Below, piece after piece: positions 1 to 6,344 of a stretch of 38,989 bases of DNA (positions within the stretch are counted from its first letter, which is position 1; each line of letters begins with the position of its first letter). This DNA comes from a virus (Duplodnaviria > Caudoviricetes). Both the position numbers and the translations under genes were made by a program. The stretch covers positions 1 through 38,989 of the IMG/VR virus record IMGVR_UViG_3300044267_006294; one strand, written 5' to 3'. Under the pieces are notes generated by a model. The model worked only from the letters and a program-made list of their open reading frames with translations, did no database searches and was not told the DNA's origin.

Positions 1-67
1 AGGAGGCGGGTGCCGAGCCTTCCGTGCTCGTCTCCGCCCCTTCGGCAGGGGTATCGTTCTCACTCAT
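1..67 (-). CDS. 5' end of an acidic protein running off the window (MSENDTPAEGAETSTEGSAPAS...), candidate capsid scaffolding protein
   Basis: ATG at 67 with GGAG 6 nt upstream (TAGGAGAATAAAATG). Acidic/Pro N-terminus and position downstream of portal and Zn-ribbon genes suggest scaffold; the function is inferred. Confidence 0.55.
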   Translation of the reverse strand, partial: MSENDTPAEGAETSTEGSAPAS

Positions 68-76
68 TTTATTCTC

Positions 77-595
77 CTACATACCCGGGGGCAGCATACC
101 AGCAGGTGGAGCAACAGCCCCCATTCCCATTCCCATATCCGGTCCAGCTGCAGCCATATCAACCGGCATCTCTTCCAGGGGAAGCTCGTCTTCCATTCCC
201 ATCTCGTTAGCGGCGGCAAGCTTCATCAGATCCATACGCAGCTGCATATCTCCCTCGATCATTGCTGCTAACTCCTCTACGGGCAGACCCGCCAGGTCCT
301 CTCGTTGCTGAGCGGCTTCGTACACGGCAGCTGCGTTTTCTTCGCCGACCACCTCGATTAGGGCGGACATGTCTTCTTCGGGAGGGGCTTCTTCCTCGAC
401 GGGAGCTTCCTCGACGGGAGCTTCCTCGACGGGAGCTTCCTCTTCCATGTCTGCTTGCATGTCGGCTTCTACTTCTTCAGGTAATTGAGCCATTGCGGCC
501 TCCTCGTCTCCTGCAAGAATGGCATCAGCGATCCCCAGAAGAGGTTTTAGGTGTGTTTCAAAGCTAAAGCTTTTGTTATTTTCGCGATCAGCCAC
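77..595 (-). CDS. very acidic, Met/Glu/Ala-rich hypothetical head-assembly-region protein
   Basis: ORF 77..607; the GTG at 595 has a GGAG SD 5 nt upstream and is the better start. EEAPV repeats and an M/G/P-rich tail. Confidence 0.75.
   Translation of the reverse strand: MADRENNKSFSFETHLKPLLGIADAILAGDEEAAMAQLPEEVEADMQADMEEEAPVEEAPVEEAPVEEEAPPEEDMSALIEVVGEENAAAVYEAAQQREDLAGLPVEELAAMIEGDMQLRMDLMKLAAANEMGMEDELPLEEMPVDMAAAGPDMGMGMGAVAPPAGMLPPGM
391..442. repeat. 15-bp in-frame tandem repeat (CTTCCTCGACGGGAG x3.5) encoding EEAPV
   Basis: Perfect copies read directly at 391, 406, 421 and a partial copy at 436. Confidence 0.95.
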
Positions 596-608
596 AACGG
601 CTCCCACA

Positions 609-617
609 ATAATATCA
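609..617 (-). promoter_or_regulatory. putative extended -10 promoter TGaTATTAT
   Basis: Minus strand reads ccTGaTATTATtgtGGGAG in the short gap before the 595 start. Confidence 0.4.
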
Positions 618-625
618 GGTAAAGA

Positions 626-853
626 CTATTCCGTTTCTGTCTCTTCAGGCAAGGCAGAAGGTTCCGCTAACTCAAAAGCGACAGCGGTGCCGTACATGAG
701 GATACTCTTGTTCGGCAACTTCCGTCTATCTCCTGTAAGAGTGTCCTCGTAAACGGTCATGTCGTAAGGCATTAACTCACCGACTCGGCGCAATGTTCTG
801 AAGTGGGTAGTTGCGCGAATGTTGGCTTCAGAGAGAATGGTTGGATCTGGCAT
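626..853 (-). CDS. hypothetical protein (MPDPTILSEAN..., 75 aa)
   Basis: ATG at 853 overlaps the TAA of the upstream gene (TAATG). Confidence 0.75.
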   Translation of the reverse strand: MPDPTILSEANIRATTHFRTLRRVGELMPYDMTVYEDTLTGDRRKLPNKSILMYGTAVAFELAEPSALPEETETE

Positions 854-1377
854 TACTGTCCCCAACTCCCCGCGTTCTTACCCACGGAACCCACCTTCTT
901 TTGAGCGGCGGTTATTGCCTTCTGCGGGTTTTGGTTGTGGGAGATAGCCTTTCTTTCTGCAATCGCAGAGCGGGCCTTGCTCTCCTCCTTAACTTCTTTT
1001 GTTACCTGCGCGTCGATGTTCCGACTCTTTCGGTCTAACCATTGGTTGTGCATTCGCTCATCGATGCGGGTGTCTTTCTGGGTCTGAGTCTCGCTCTCGA
1101 CTTCCACGCGATGTCCGGGGAAGCGCTCTTCAATAACCTTGACTGCGCGGTTGTAGTCTTCCCGCGTCTCGCAATACCCGAGGACTCCCATGTCGATCGG
1201 CGTGAACGAGCCAATGCCATCGCCGCCGACCCCAGGAAATTTACCGTGAGTCCAGTCAATAGAGCGATCCCCACCGCAGCTTGGACACGGCGGGGGACCA
1301 CTCGACCTTCGGTAGAAGACATGGGGATCTTTCTCCTCGCAGGAGTTGCACTTCAGACCATGAGCAACGAACGCCAT
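853..1377 (-). CDS. Zn-ribbon protein (FmdB-like CxxC...CPxCG)
   Basis: KCNSC...PPCPSCGG at the N-terminus. Such genes commonly lie between portal and scaffold in podovirus-like phages. Confidence 0.75.
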   Translation of the reverse strand: MAFVAHGLKCNSCEEKDPHVFYRRSSGPPPCPSCGGDRSIDWTHGKFPGVGGDGIGSFTPIDMGVLGYCETREDYNRAVKVIEERFPGHRVEVESETQTQKDTRIDERMHNQWLDRKSRNIDAQVTKEVKEESKARSAIAERKAISHNQNPQKAITAAQKKVGSVGKNAGSWGQ

Positions 1378-1388
1378 CTACTTTCCCT

Positions 1389-1571
1389 CTAAGACCCTTT
1401 CACTGATCCAATTTCAATCGACTCAATCGTAACTTTGGGCTCTTTCTTCTCTTCTTGAGCAAGGAGTTTCTTCTTCTCCTCTTCTTGGGCCGCCTTCTTC
1501 CTCTTCGCCATCATCTGCTCGTAGGTCAAGCCCTCTTTGCGCTCTTCTTTTGTTCGGGGATCTTCAGCCAT
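1389..1571 (-). CDS. small Lys/Glu-rich hypothetical protein (60 aa)
   Basis: ORF with GAGGAAGG SD upstream; charged helical composition. Confidence 0.7.
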   Translation of the reverse strand: MAEDPRTKEERKEGLTYEQMMAKRKKAAQEEEKKKLLAQEEKKEPKVTIESIEIGSVKGS

Positions 1572-1607
1572 TAGTACGCAACCCTTCCTCGTCCAAGACC
1601 GCCACGA

Positions 1608-1727
1608 CTAATAATCCTTCTTGTCCATGGCTTGCTTAACCAGCTTCTTCTTTTCCTTTTTAATGACCTCGTCCGCTGTCTTTTTACCGAAGTGAGCAGA
1701 TTTTCCTTTCTTTCCGTATCCAGGCAT
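1608..1727 (-). CDS. 39-aa Lys-rich protein MPGYGKKGKSAHFGKKTADEVIKKEKKKLVKQAMDKKDY (not in ORF track)
   Basis: Translated by hand; GGGAGAGG SD before ATG 1727; TAG at 1608-1610. Confidence 0.75.
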   Translation of the reverse strand: MPGYGKKGKSAHFGKKTADEVIKKEKKKLVKQAMDKKDY

Positions 1728-1745
1728 TTTTACCTCTCCCGATGT

Positions 1746-1976
1746 TTAGTACTTAGGCTCTCTGGGACCTAAGCTGTCTGACAAGAGTATTCTCTCATTT
1801 TCCGACAAATTTAGCCAAGCTTCTGTTCTACTTTGTTTTGCGATAAGGTCCGGTCGCCAGGACGGATGGGGCTTCTTTAACTTCCACCGCTCGTTGTCTT
1901 CAATAGGTCTTGTCGGGATAAAAGCATCTGGCTCAGGCTCTTTGCCGTCAACAGCGCTAGGAATATACTCAGCCAT
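1746..1976 (-). CDS. hypothetical protein (76 aa)
   Basis: ATG overlaps the upstream HNH stop (ATGGCTGA); GGAGAGGG upstream; looks more AT-rich than its neighbours. Confidence 0.65.
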   Translation of the reverse strand: MAEYIPSAVDGKEPEPDAFIPTRPIEDNERWKLKKPHPSWRPDLIAKQSRTEAWLNLSENERILLSDSLGPREPKY

Positions 1977-2316
1977 AACTACTACCCTCTCCGAGTGCTT
2001 CTCTTAGCTTACCACGATTGTCGTGGGGATCTGTAAGCTGCAGGTTGCTGGGAGAATTATCGGTAGGGTCTCCGTTTTTGTGATGGACGTCTTTACCCGC
2101 CACAGCCTCTTCGCCTACTTGTTTTGTTTTGGCAGCACGGGCGGCGTTTCTGCCCGATCGGCGTGCTATCTGTTTTTTGGTGCCGTGGTACTTCCTGTAT
2201 TCTCTTCTGTAGTCCCTTTTTTTCTTACGTTTCTCGCGCCTTTCTTTGCGATTCTCGCGCCTTTCTTCGCGCCTTTCTTCGCGCCTTTCTTTTCGATCCT
2301 CTCGTCTTTCAGACAT
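1969..2316 (-). CDS. HNH endonuclease with Arg/Glu-rich N-terminus
   Basis: KDVHHKNGDPTDNSPSNL...DNR HNH signature preceded by RDYRREY..YHG. Start at 2316 (TAATG overlap) is preferred over 2364. Confidence 0.85.
   Translation of the reverse strand: MSERREDRKERREERREERRENRKERREKRKKKRDYRREYRKYHGTKKQIARRSGRNAARAAKTKQVGEEAVAGKDVHHKNGDPTDNSPSNLQLTDPHDNRGKLREALGEGSSYG
2234..2290. repeat. 12-bp in-frame tandem repeat (TCGCGCCTTTCT) encoding ERRE
   Basis: Three adjacent copies at 2255-2290 plus one at 2234-2245. Confidence 0.9.
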
Positions 2317-2735
2317 TACGAAACCATCCCTGCCCACACAACGCAGACTCGCGCAGAAGCGCATTTAAAATCAAGCGCTTGACAGTATCCGAGGTCTCCT
2401 GCCTCTACAGCTCTTTCTGGGTCAGCCTCGTCTCCAAGACCGCCTTCGATACAAGCAAGCGTTTGGTCGGTGGTGTCGAAGAACGAGCAGTTGGCGCAGC
2501 GCATGGTCATGGCGTTTTCGACGCTGTCGTTGAACTTGTCTGCGTACTTTTGCCAGAACTCAGCATTGCCGCCTTCGTCGTCGAGACCAGGGTTGGCTGG
2601 ACCGTACATCTTGGTGTCCAAGGCGTTCTGGCGATTTTCAAGGTTGAGCTCAAGGTTCTGGGTGGCCTCGGGACAAGCATCTACCGCACGGGCATCTTGT
2701 CGAAGGATAGCCATCATCTCGTCGTATTCAGCCAT
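2316..2735 (-). CDS. Cys-rich protein with HiPIP-like Cys spacing (putative Fe-S or Zn binding)
   Basis: RCANCSFF...GYCQALDFKCASARVCVVW; TAATG coupling at both ends. Confidence 0.75.
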   Translation of the reverse strand: MAEYDEMMAILRQDARAVDACPEATQNLELNLENRQNALDTKMYGPANPGLDDEGGNAEFWQKYADKFNDSVENAMTMRCANCSFFDTTDQTLACIEGGLGDEADPERAVEAGDLGYCQALDFKCASARVCVVWAGMVS

Positions 2736-2944
2736 TACTTCTTCTCTTTGGCTAAGGCCATTCGGTTCTTCGCAACCATATCGTAGTAGTCGCCAGAGAG
2801 CTCTTTACCCTCTTTCTTTGCCTTCTTTACTGTCTCTGCCGTGCTCTTGATCTCCGCGGCTTGCGCGGTCGCTTTCCCCTCGGACATGCCCGCGGTGTAC
2901 TTGGCGGGCACTCCCTTGTCGTAGGGCTGTGTTTTCTTTGCCAT
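2735..2944 (-). CDS. small basic protein (MAKKTQPYDKGVPAKY..., 69 aa)
   Basis: ATG 2944 with GAGG SD; the 3013 start in the track overlaps the upstream gene. Confidence 0.75.
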   Translation of the reverse strand: MAKKTQPYDKGVPAKYTAGMSEGKATAQAAEIKSTAETVKKAKKEGKELSGDYYDMVAKNRMALAKEKK

Positions 2945-2946
2945 GA

Positions 2947-3225
2947 CTACCTCAGATCTGTGTCGTGTTTCTTGCTTCCCTTGATGAAGCTGTTGACACG
3001 ACCCATGGCCCACTGGTGCGGTGACATGCCAGGTCGAGAGCCCGAAGAGTAGTATGCACCCATGCCTCGACGGTAGACTTTCTTCAGCTTGCCCGAGCCG
3101 ATGCCAGACTCCTTGGCTTTGTTGCTAAGAGTCTTTAGGGTCTTCTCGCTGAGCTTCTTACCAGAGCCTTGAGCCTCGTCTTTGAGGTTCTTCTTTTTCT
3201 TCTCGTACTCGTCTTTCTTAGCCAT
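2947..3225 (-). CDS. basic protein, DUF5824-like
   Basis: LKKVYRRGMGAYYSSGSRPGMSPHQWAMGRVNSF resembles the VYxRGxxA...RPG..PxxWxxARVxSF motif recalled for DUF5824; TAATG start at 3225. Confidence 0.7.
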   Translation of the reverse strand: MAKKDEYEKKKKNLKDEAQGSGKKLSEKTLKTLSNKAKESGIGSGKLKKVYRRGMGAYYSSGSRPGMSPHQWAMGRVNSFIKGSKKHDTDLR

Positions 3226-3533
3226 TACCATTTCACCTTGTCGGCCCAGTAGGCGGCGCTCATCTTGCCCTTCTTGATGTTCTTAGCGTGTCGAGACTTG
3301 AAGCTCTTGCGCTTCTTCTTCATCTTGTCGGACTCGCCTTCCTTGGGCTTACCCGCGGTCTTGGCTCCCTGCTCACCGAAGCGTATGATCTTAAACTTAC
3401 CACCCTCACACGCCAGAACCATGTGGCTCTTCTTAGGGTGGTTGGGTGTCCTCTTAGGCTTGTTACAGCCTTCAAGGTTGTGCTCAGCCAAGATCTTCTT
3501 CTTGCGTACAGCGGTGTAGTAGTCGTCAGCCAT
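3225..3533 (-). CDS. conserved basic phage protein (KIIRFGEQG...RKSFKSRH...SAAYWADKVKW)
   Basis: Motif pattern recurrent in small phage head-region proteins; TAATG coupling. Confidence 0.8.
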   Translation of the reverse strand: MADDYYTAVRKKKILAEHNLEGCNKPKRTPNHPKKSHMVLACEGGKFKIIRFGEQGAKTAGKPKEGESDKMKKKRKSFKSRHAKNIKKGKMSAAYWADKVKW

Positions 3534-3658
3534 TAGTACTTCTTAGAAGTTTTCTGCTTGCTCTTAATCGCAGCTACTTGTTTAAGAGCGTCTTTACGGC
3601 TCTTGACCTTGCTGTTCTTTGTGGCTTTGTATCCGCCAGGTACTTTCTTAAGGGGCAT
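3533..3658 (-). CDS. 41-aa Lys-rich protein MPLKKVPGGYKATKNSKVKSRKDALKQVAAIKSKQKTSKKY (not in ORF track)
   Basis: Exactly fills the gap with TAATG overlaps at both ends; GGAGG SD in the upstream gene's last codons. Confidence 0.85.
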   Translation of the reverse strand: MPLKKVPGGYKATKNSKVKSRKDALKQVAAIKSKQKTSKKY

Positions 3659-4032
3659 TATTCCTCCTTCCAAGTAAGGTGACCGGTAACGTGAATCACT
3701 CCTCTGGGCGTTTTCAGAAAAGAGAATCGTTTGCCTTCAGAGTCTTCGAAGATCTCGTAATCCATACCGTCTTTGCTACCTGAGTATACTTTCGACCCTT
3801 TAGACAACCGCTCGTAATCAATACCTGAGGCTCTGTAAATGTCAGATGCGTATGCAATATGGCCCTGGTCTTTGCCTGCGTAAGGTCCGTGCTTCTTGGC
3901 GTAGTGAAGTGCGTCGTCAACGTGGCGACTCTGCTTTCTCATTTTTTGGAGAATATCAGAAGCTGATGGGGCGTCTCGTTCACCGGGCGCTGCCCCTGCT
4001 GGACCCTCGTACATTTGGTCTAAAGAACCCAC
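3658..4032 (-). CDS. hypothetical protein (124 aa)
   Basis: GTG start overlapping the TAG of the mini-ORF (TAGTG), with GAGGAAGG SD. Confidence 0.7.
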   Translation of the reverse strand: MGSLDQMYEGPAGAAPGERDAPSASDILQKMRKQSRHVDDALHYAKKHGPYAGKDQGHIAYASDIYRASGIDYERLSKGSKVYSGSKDGMDYEIFEDSEGKRFSFLKTPRGVIHVTGHLTWKEE

Positions 4033-4091
4033 TATCCTTCCTCTCGGATGGGCGCGTCACCGCCTGCTGCCATGCTGTCTTCCTTAGGCAT
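4032..4091 (-). CDS. 19-aa mini-ORF MPKEDSMAAGGDAPIREEG, a copy of the portal termini
   Basis: ATG 4091 overlaps the upstream TAA; TAG 4032-4034 overlaps the next GTG; codons 4-19 match the portal C-terminus (15 of 16 aa). Confidence 0.6.
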   Translation of the reverse strand: MPKEDSMAAGGDAPIREEG

Positions 4092-4500
4092 TACTTTTCC
4101 TGTGCCTGTCGTCTTAACCGGTCCATTAAGGTTCTATAGTCGCCGCCCTCTTCAGGGCGTTTCCATGACCCCTGAGCAAAACTATCGGCTTCTTGCTGTG
4201 TATCGAAGCTAAACAGCTCGCCTCTTTCCCGCGCCATTTCGAAAGCCTCTGAACCGGCTAACTCGACCCAGTCTTGCGGGTCGGGGCTTACGTTCTCTGG
4301 ATCTCTCGGGAATAGAGTCGGTAGCGCGTAATTGTCCATCGAAGTCATTAAAACTGTCGACGTAGTGCCGTCCGGGTTCTGACGACTCACGGGTCGCATT
4401 TGATGGACTTTTCGGGAATACCGACGGTGCTGCCTGCGCTGCTGCGACATCAGCCTTCCTCTCGGATGGGCGAGTCACCGCCTGCTGCCATGCTGTCTTC
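4036..4500. repeat. 47-bp direct repeat, copies at 4036-4082 and 4454-4500 (1 mismatch)
   Basis: CCTTCCTCTCGGATGGGCG(C/A)GTCACCGCCTGCTGCCATGCTGTCTTC read at both positions. Confidence 0.97.
4091..4450 (-). CDS. hypothetical phage protein (NPDGTTST...PTLFP...RGE..F...A..FA.GSWK) lying between the direct repeats
   Basis: TGATG coupling to the portal stop and TAATG coupling to the mini-ORF. Confidence 0.8.
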   Translation of the reverse strand: MSQQRRQHRRYSRKVHQMRPVSRQNPDGTTSTVLMTSMDNYALPTLFPRDPENVSPDPQDWVELAGSEAFEMARERGELFSFDTQQEADSFAQGSWKRPEEGGDYRTLMDRLRRQAQEK

Positions 4501-6177
4501 TGGGGCTGCCGGCTGAGCCTCTCCACCACCCCCGCCCATTAGGGCTACGAGCTCTGGTGGTAGGCCGCCTTCTGCTCCCATCGGCGGGCCGCCCCCGCCC
4601 GGTGCGCCTGCTCCGCCCATCGCAAGCTGCTGCGCCATCTGGGCTTCTGCTTGCGCGGCCATTGCCACATCTTCCTCGGGCATGAGAAGTCCCATCGGGA
4701 GACCGATACCCTTCACGATCTCCTCGGTCAGGCGTCGACCGTCGACATTCGGGTCTTGCTGGAGCAGCGGGATGAGCTGAAGCAGTGTCTCTACCATGAC
4801 TGCTGGGTTGGTCTTGATGGGGTTGTAGCTAACCATCTCGAAGTCTACTTCGACATCAGCGATGGTGGAGATGTCTACCGCAGCCCACTTTCTATCCCCG
4901 GCGACACGGATCATCTTTTCGCCCTTCATGTACTTACGGCACAGGTAGAAGCACTTTGCAGCCATGTCTTCCATGGCGTCGTTGATGTGTCCTTCTCGCG
5001 TGGCCAGACGGTTCTTCATCTGGGCATCGATGATCGCCATTTCCGTAGCGGTTCGAGCTCCGACCACTTGCCCACGAGCAGCTTCAGCCAGGGCTGAGAT
5101 GAACGCGGCATCGTCTTCTTGCCGGGCTACGAACTCTTTTACACCCTGCGGGTTCTGCGGGTAGGGCATCTCGTAGAACAACGATCCCAGTGAGCGCAGT
5201 GCTTCGGAGTTCTGCGGGGCGATGCCCACGAAAGATCCAGCTGATGCGGCTACTGCCTTGTTTAGATCTTCCTCACTAATGCGCCCGGCGTCGTAGAGGA
5301 CTCTGGGAATCATAAGATAGGTGATACGCTTCATATGCGTAAGCAGGTCGTTAACCGTCTCTTGCTGGGTCAAGACAAGCTGTACTTCGCTCAGCCCCAG
5401 GCAGTCCACGCCCGACTGGTTGAGGCTGAACATGGAGTAGGGGATGTAGTCAATGTCGTCTTCGAACACGACCTTGTCGAGCTGCCTAACGTAGTGCTTG
5501 ACCTTGTTGGTCTCTCGATCGTAGTACTCCCAGACTGTGATCCACTCGAAGGCGTCGCGAACGGCGTTGGTCTCACCGCGCTGCTTCGAGCCGAGCATCC
5601 ACTTCGGGAAGCGATCTGGCTGAACATCGTCCAGCTTGGCGTCGTAACGACCAGACTCCACACGGGCTTTGAACTCGGAGAAGGGGACGACGGTGGCTTC
5701 GAGCCAGTACTTAATGTCGTCAACGTCGCGCACAGTAAGATCGAAGAACACCGTAGAGGGATCGCAGACCTTCACTACGGGCCTGTCTTCTGTCTTGTTC
5801 CAGCTGGTCTTGAAGATGCCTCGCTTACAGAGAACAGCGTCGATCAACGCTGTTGCTGCGCGTCTCCGCATGCGGTTGGAGCGGAAGACGTACTCGAGAA
5901 GTCCTGTTACGGACGGCGACTGGTCCTGGCTACGGGCGTTGCGCGGGTTAGCTGCCACCTGGGGGTTGGGTCCCAGAAGAGCAGAAACCGCAGTATCTGC
6001 GATAGCATAGATAAGATTCTTAGAACACAGGTGAAGGTTTGTGTTCGTGTCGAGGTCCGTAGACCGCTGCGTCCAGAAGTCTCCCCGGTAGTACCGACGG
6101 GCCTTGTCGAAGATCTCCTTCTCCTGGCTCTTGTAGAACTCCAGGTGGCGATCGATAAGAACGGAAAGCTTAGGCAT
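4450..6177 (-). CDS. portal protein (P22/podovirus-like)
   Basis: 575 aa just downstream of TerL; RRYYRG, NLIYAIADT, GIFK..W, VWEYYD, RG...RTATE motifs; Gln/Gly/Met/Pro-rich tail. Confidence 0.9.
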   Translation of the reverse strand: MPKLSVLIDRHLEFYKSQEKEIFDKARRYYRGDFWTQRSTDLDTNTNLHLCSKNLIYAIADTAVSALLGPNPQVAANPRNARSQDQSPSVTGLLEYVFRSNRMRRRAATALIDAVLCKRGIFKTSWNKTEDRPVVKVCDPSTVFFDLTVRDVDDIKYWLEATVVPFSEFKARVESGRYDAKLDDVQPDRFPKWMLGSKQRGETNAVRDAFEWITVWEYYDRETNKVKHYVRQLDKVVFEDDIDYIPYSMFSLNQSGVDCLGLSEVQLVLTQQETVNDLLTHMKRITYLMIPRVLYDAGRISEEDLNKAVAASAGSFVGIAPQNSEALRSLGSLFYEMPYPQNPQGVKEFVARQEDDAAFISALAEAARGQVVGARTATEMAIIDAQMKNRLATREGHINDAMEDMAAKCFYLCRKYMKGEKMIRVAGDRKWAAVDISTIADVEVDFEMVSYNPIKTNPAVMVETLLQLIPLLQQDPNVDGRRLTEEIVKGIGLPMGLLMPEEDVAMAAQAEAQMAQQLAMGGAGAPGGGGPPMGAEGGLPPELVALMGGGGGEAQPAAPEDSMAAGGDSPIREEG

Positions 6178-6186
6178 TCTCTTATC

Positions 6187-6342
6187 CTACGACTCGGTGG
6201 CTTTCTTACGGGCAGTGGTCATCGTTCCTCGCAAGCCTGCCGCCTCTTCTACCTTGGCCTTTGCCTTTGCAAAGTCTGCTGCGGCGGTGCCAGAAAACAT
6301 TTTTCCGCCGTAGGTCTTCTTTGGGTCTTTCTTCTTTGCCAT
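6187..6342 (-). CDS. 51-aa Lys/Ala-rich protein MAKKKDPKKTYGGKMF...RKKATES (not in ORF track)
   Basis: Fills the TerL-portal gap; ATG 2 nt after the TerL stop; TAG at 6187-6189. Confidence 0.75.
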   Translation of the reverse strand: MAKKKDPKKTYGGKMFSGTAAADFAKAKAKVEEAAGLRGTMTTARKKATES

Positions 6343-6344
6343 GG

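Noticed and set aside
854-865. MGTV N-terminus shared by ORF 626-865 and decoration protein 9478 as another terminus mimic
   Set aside because: It depends on a TTG start inside the upstream gene; the likely start is ATG 853 via TAATG.
4036-4500. 47-bp repeat as a diversity-generating retroelement TR/VR pair or integrase att site
   Set aside because: Only one mismatch, no reverse transcriptase or recombinase in the window, and no tRNA target; retained only as a direct repeat.
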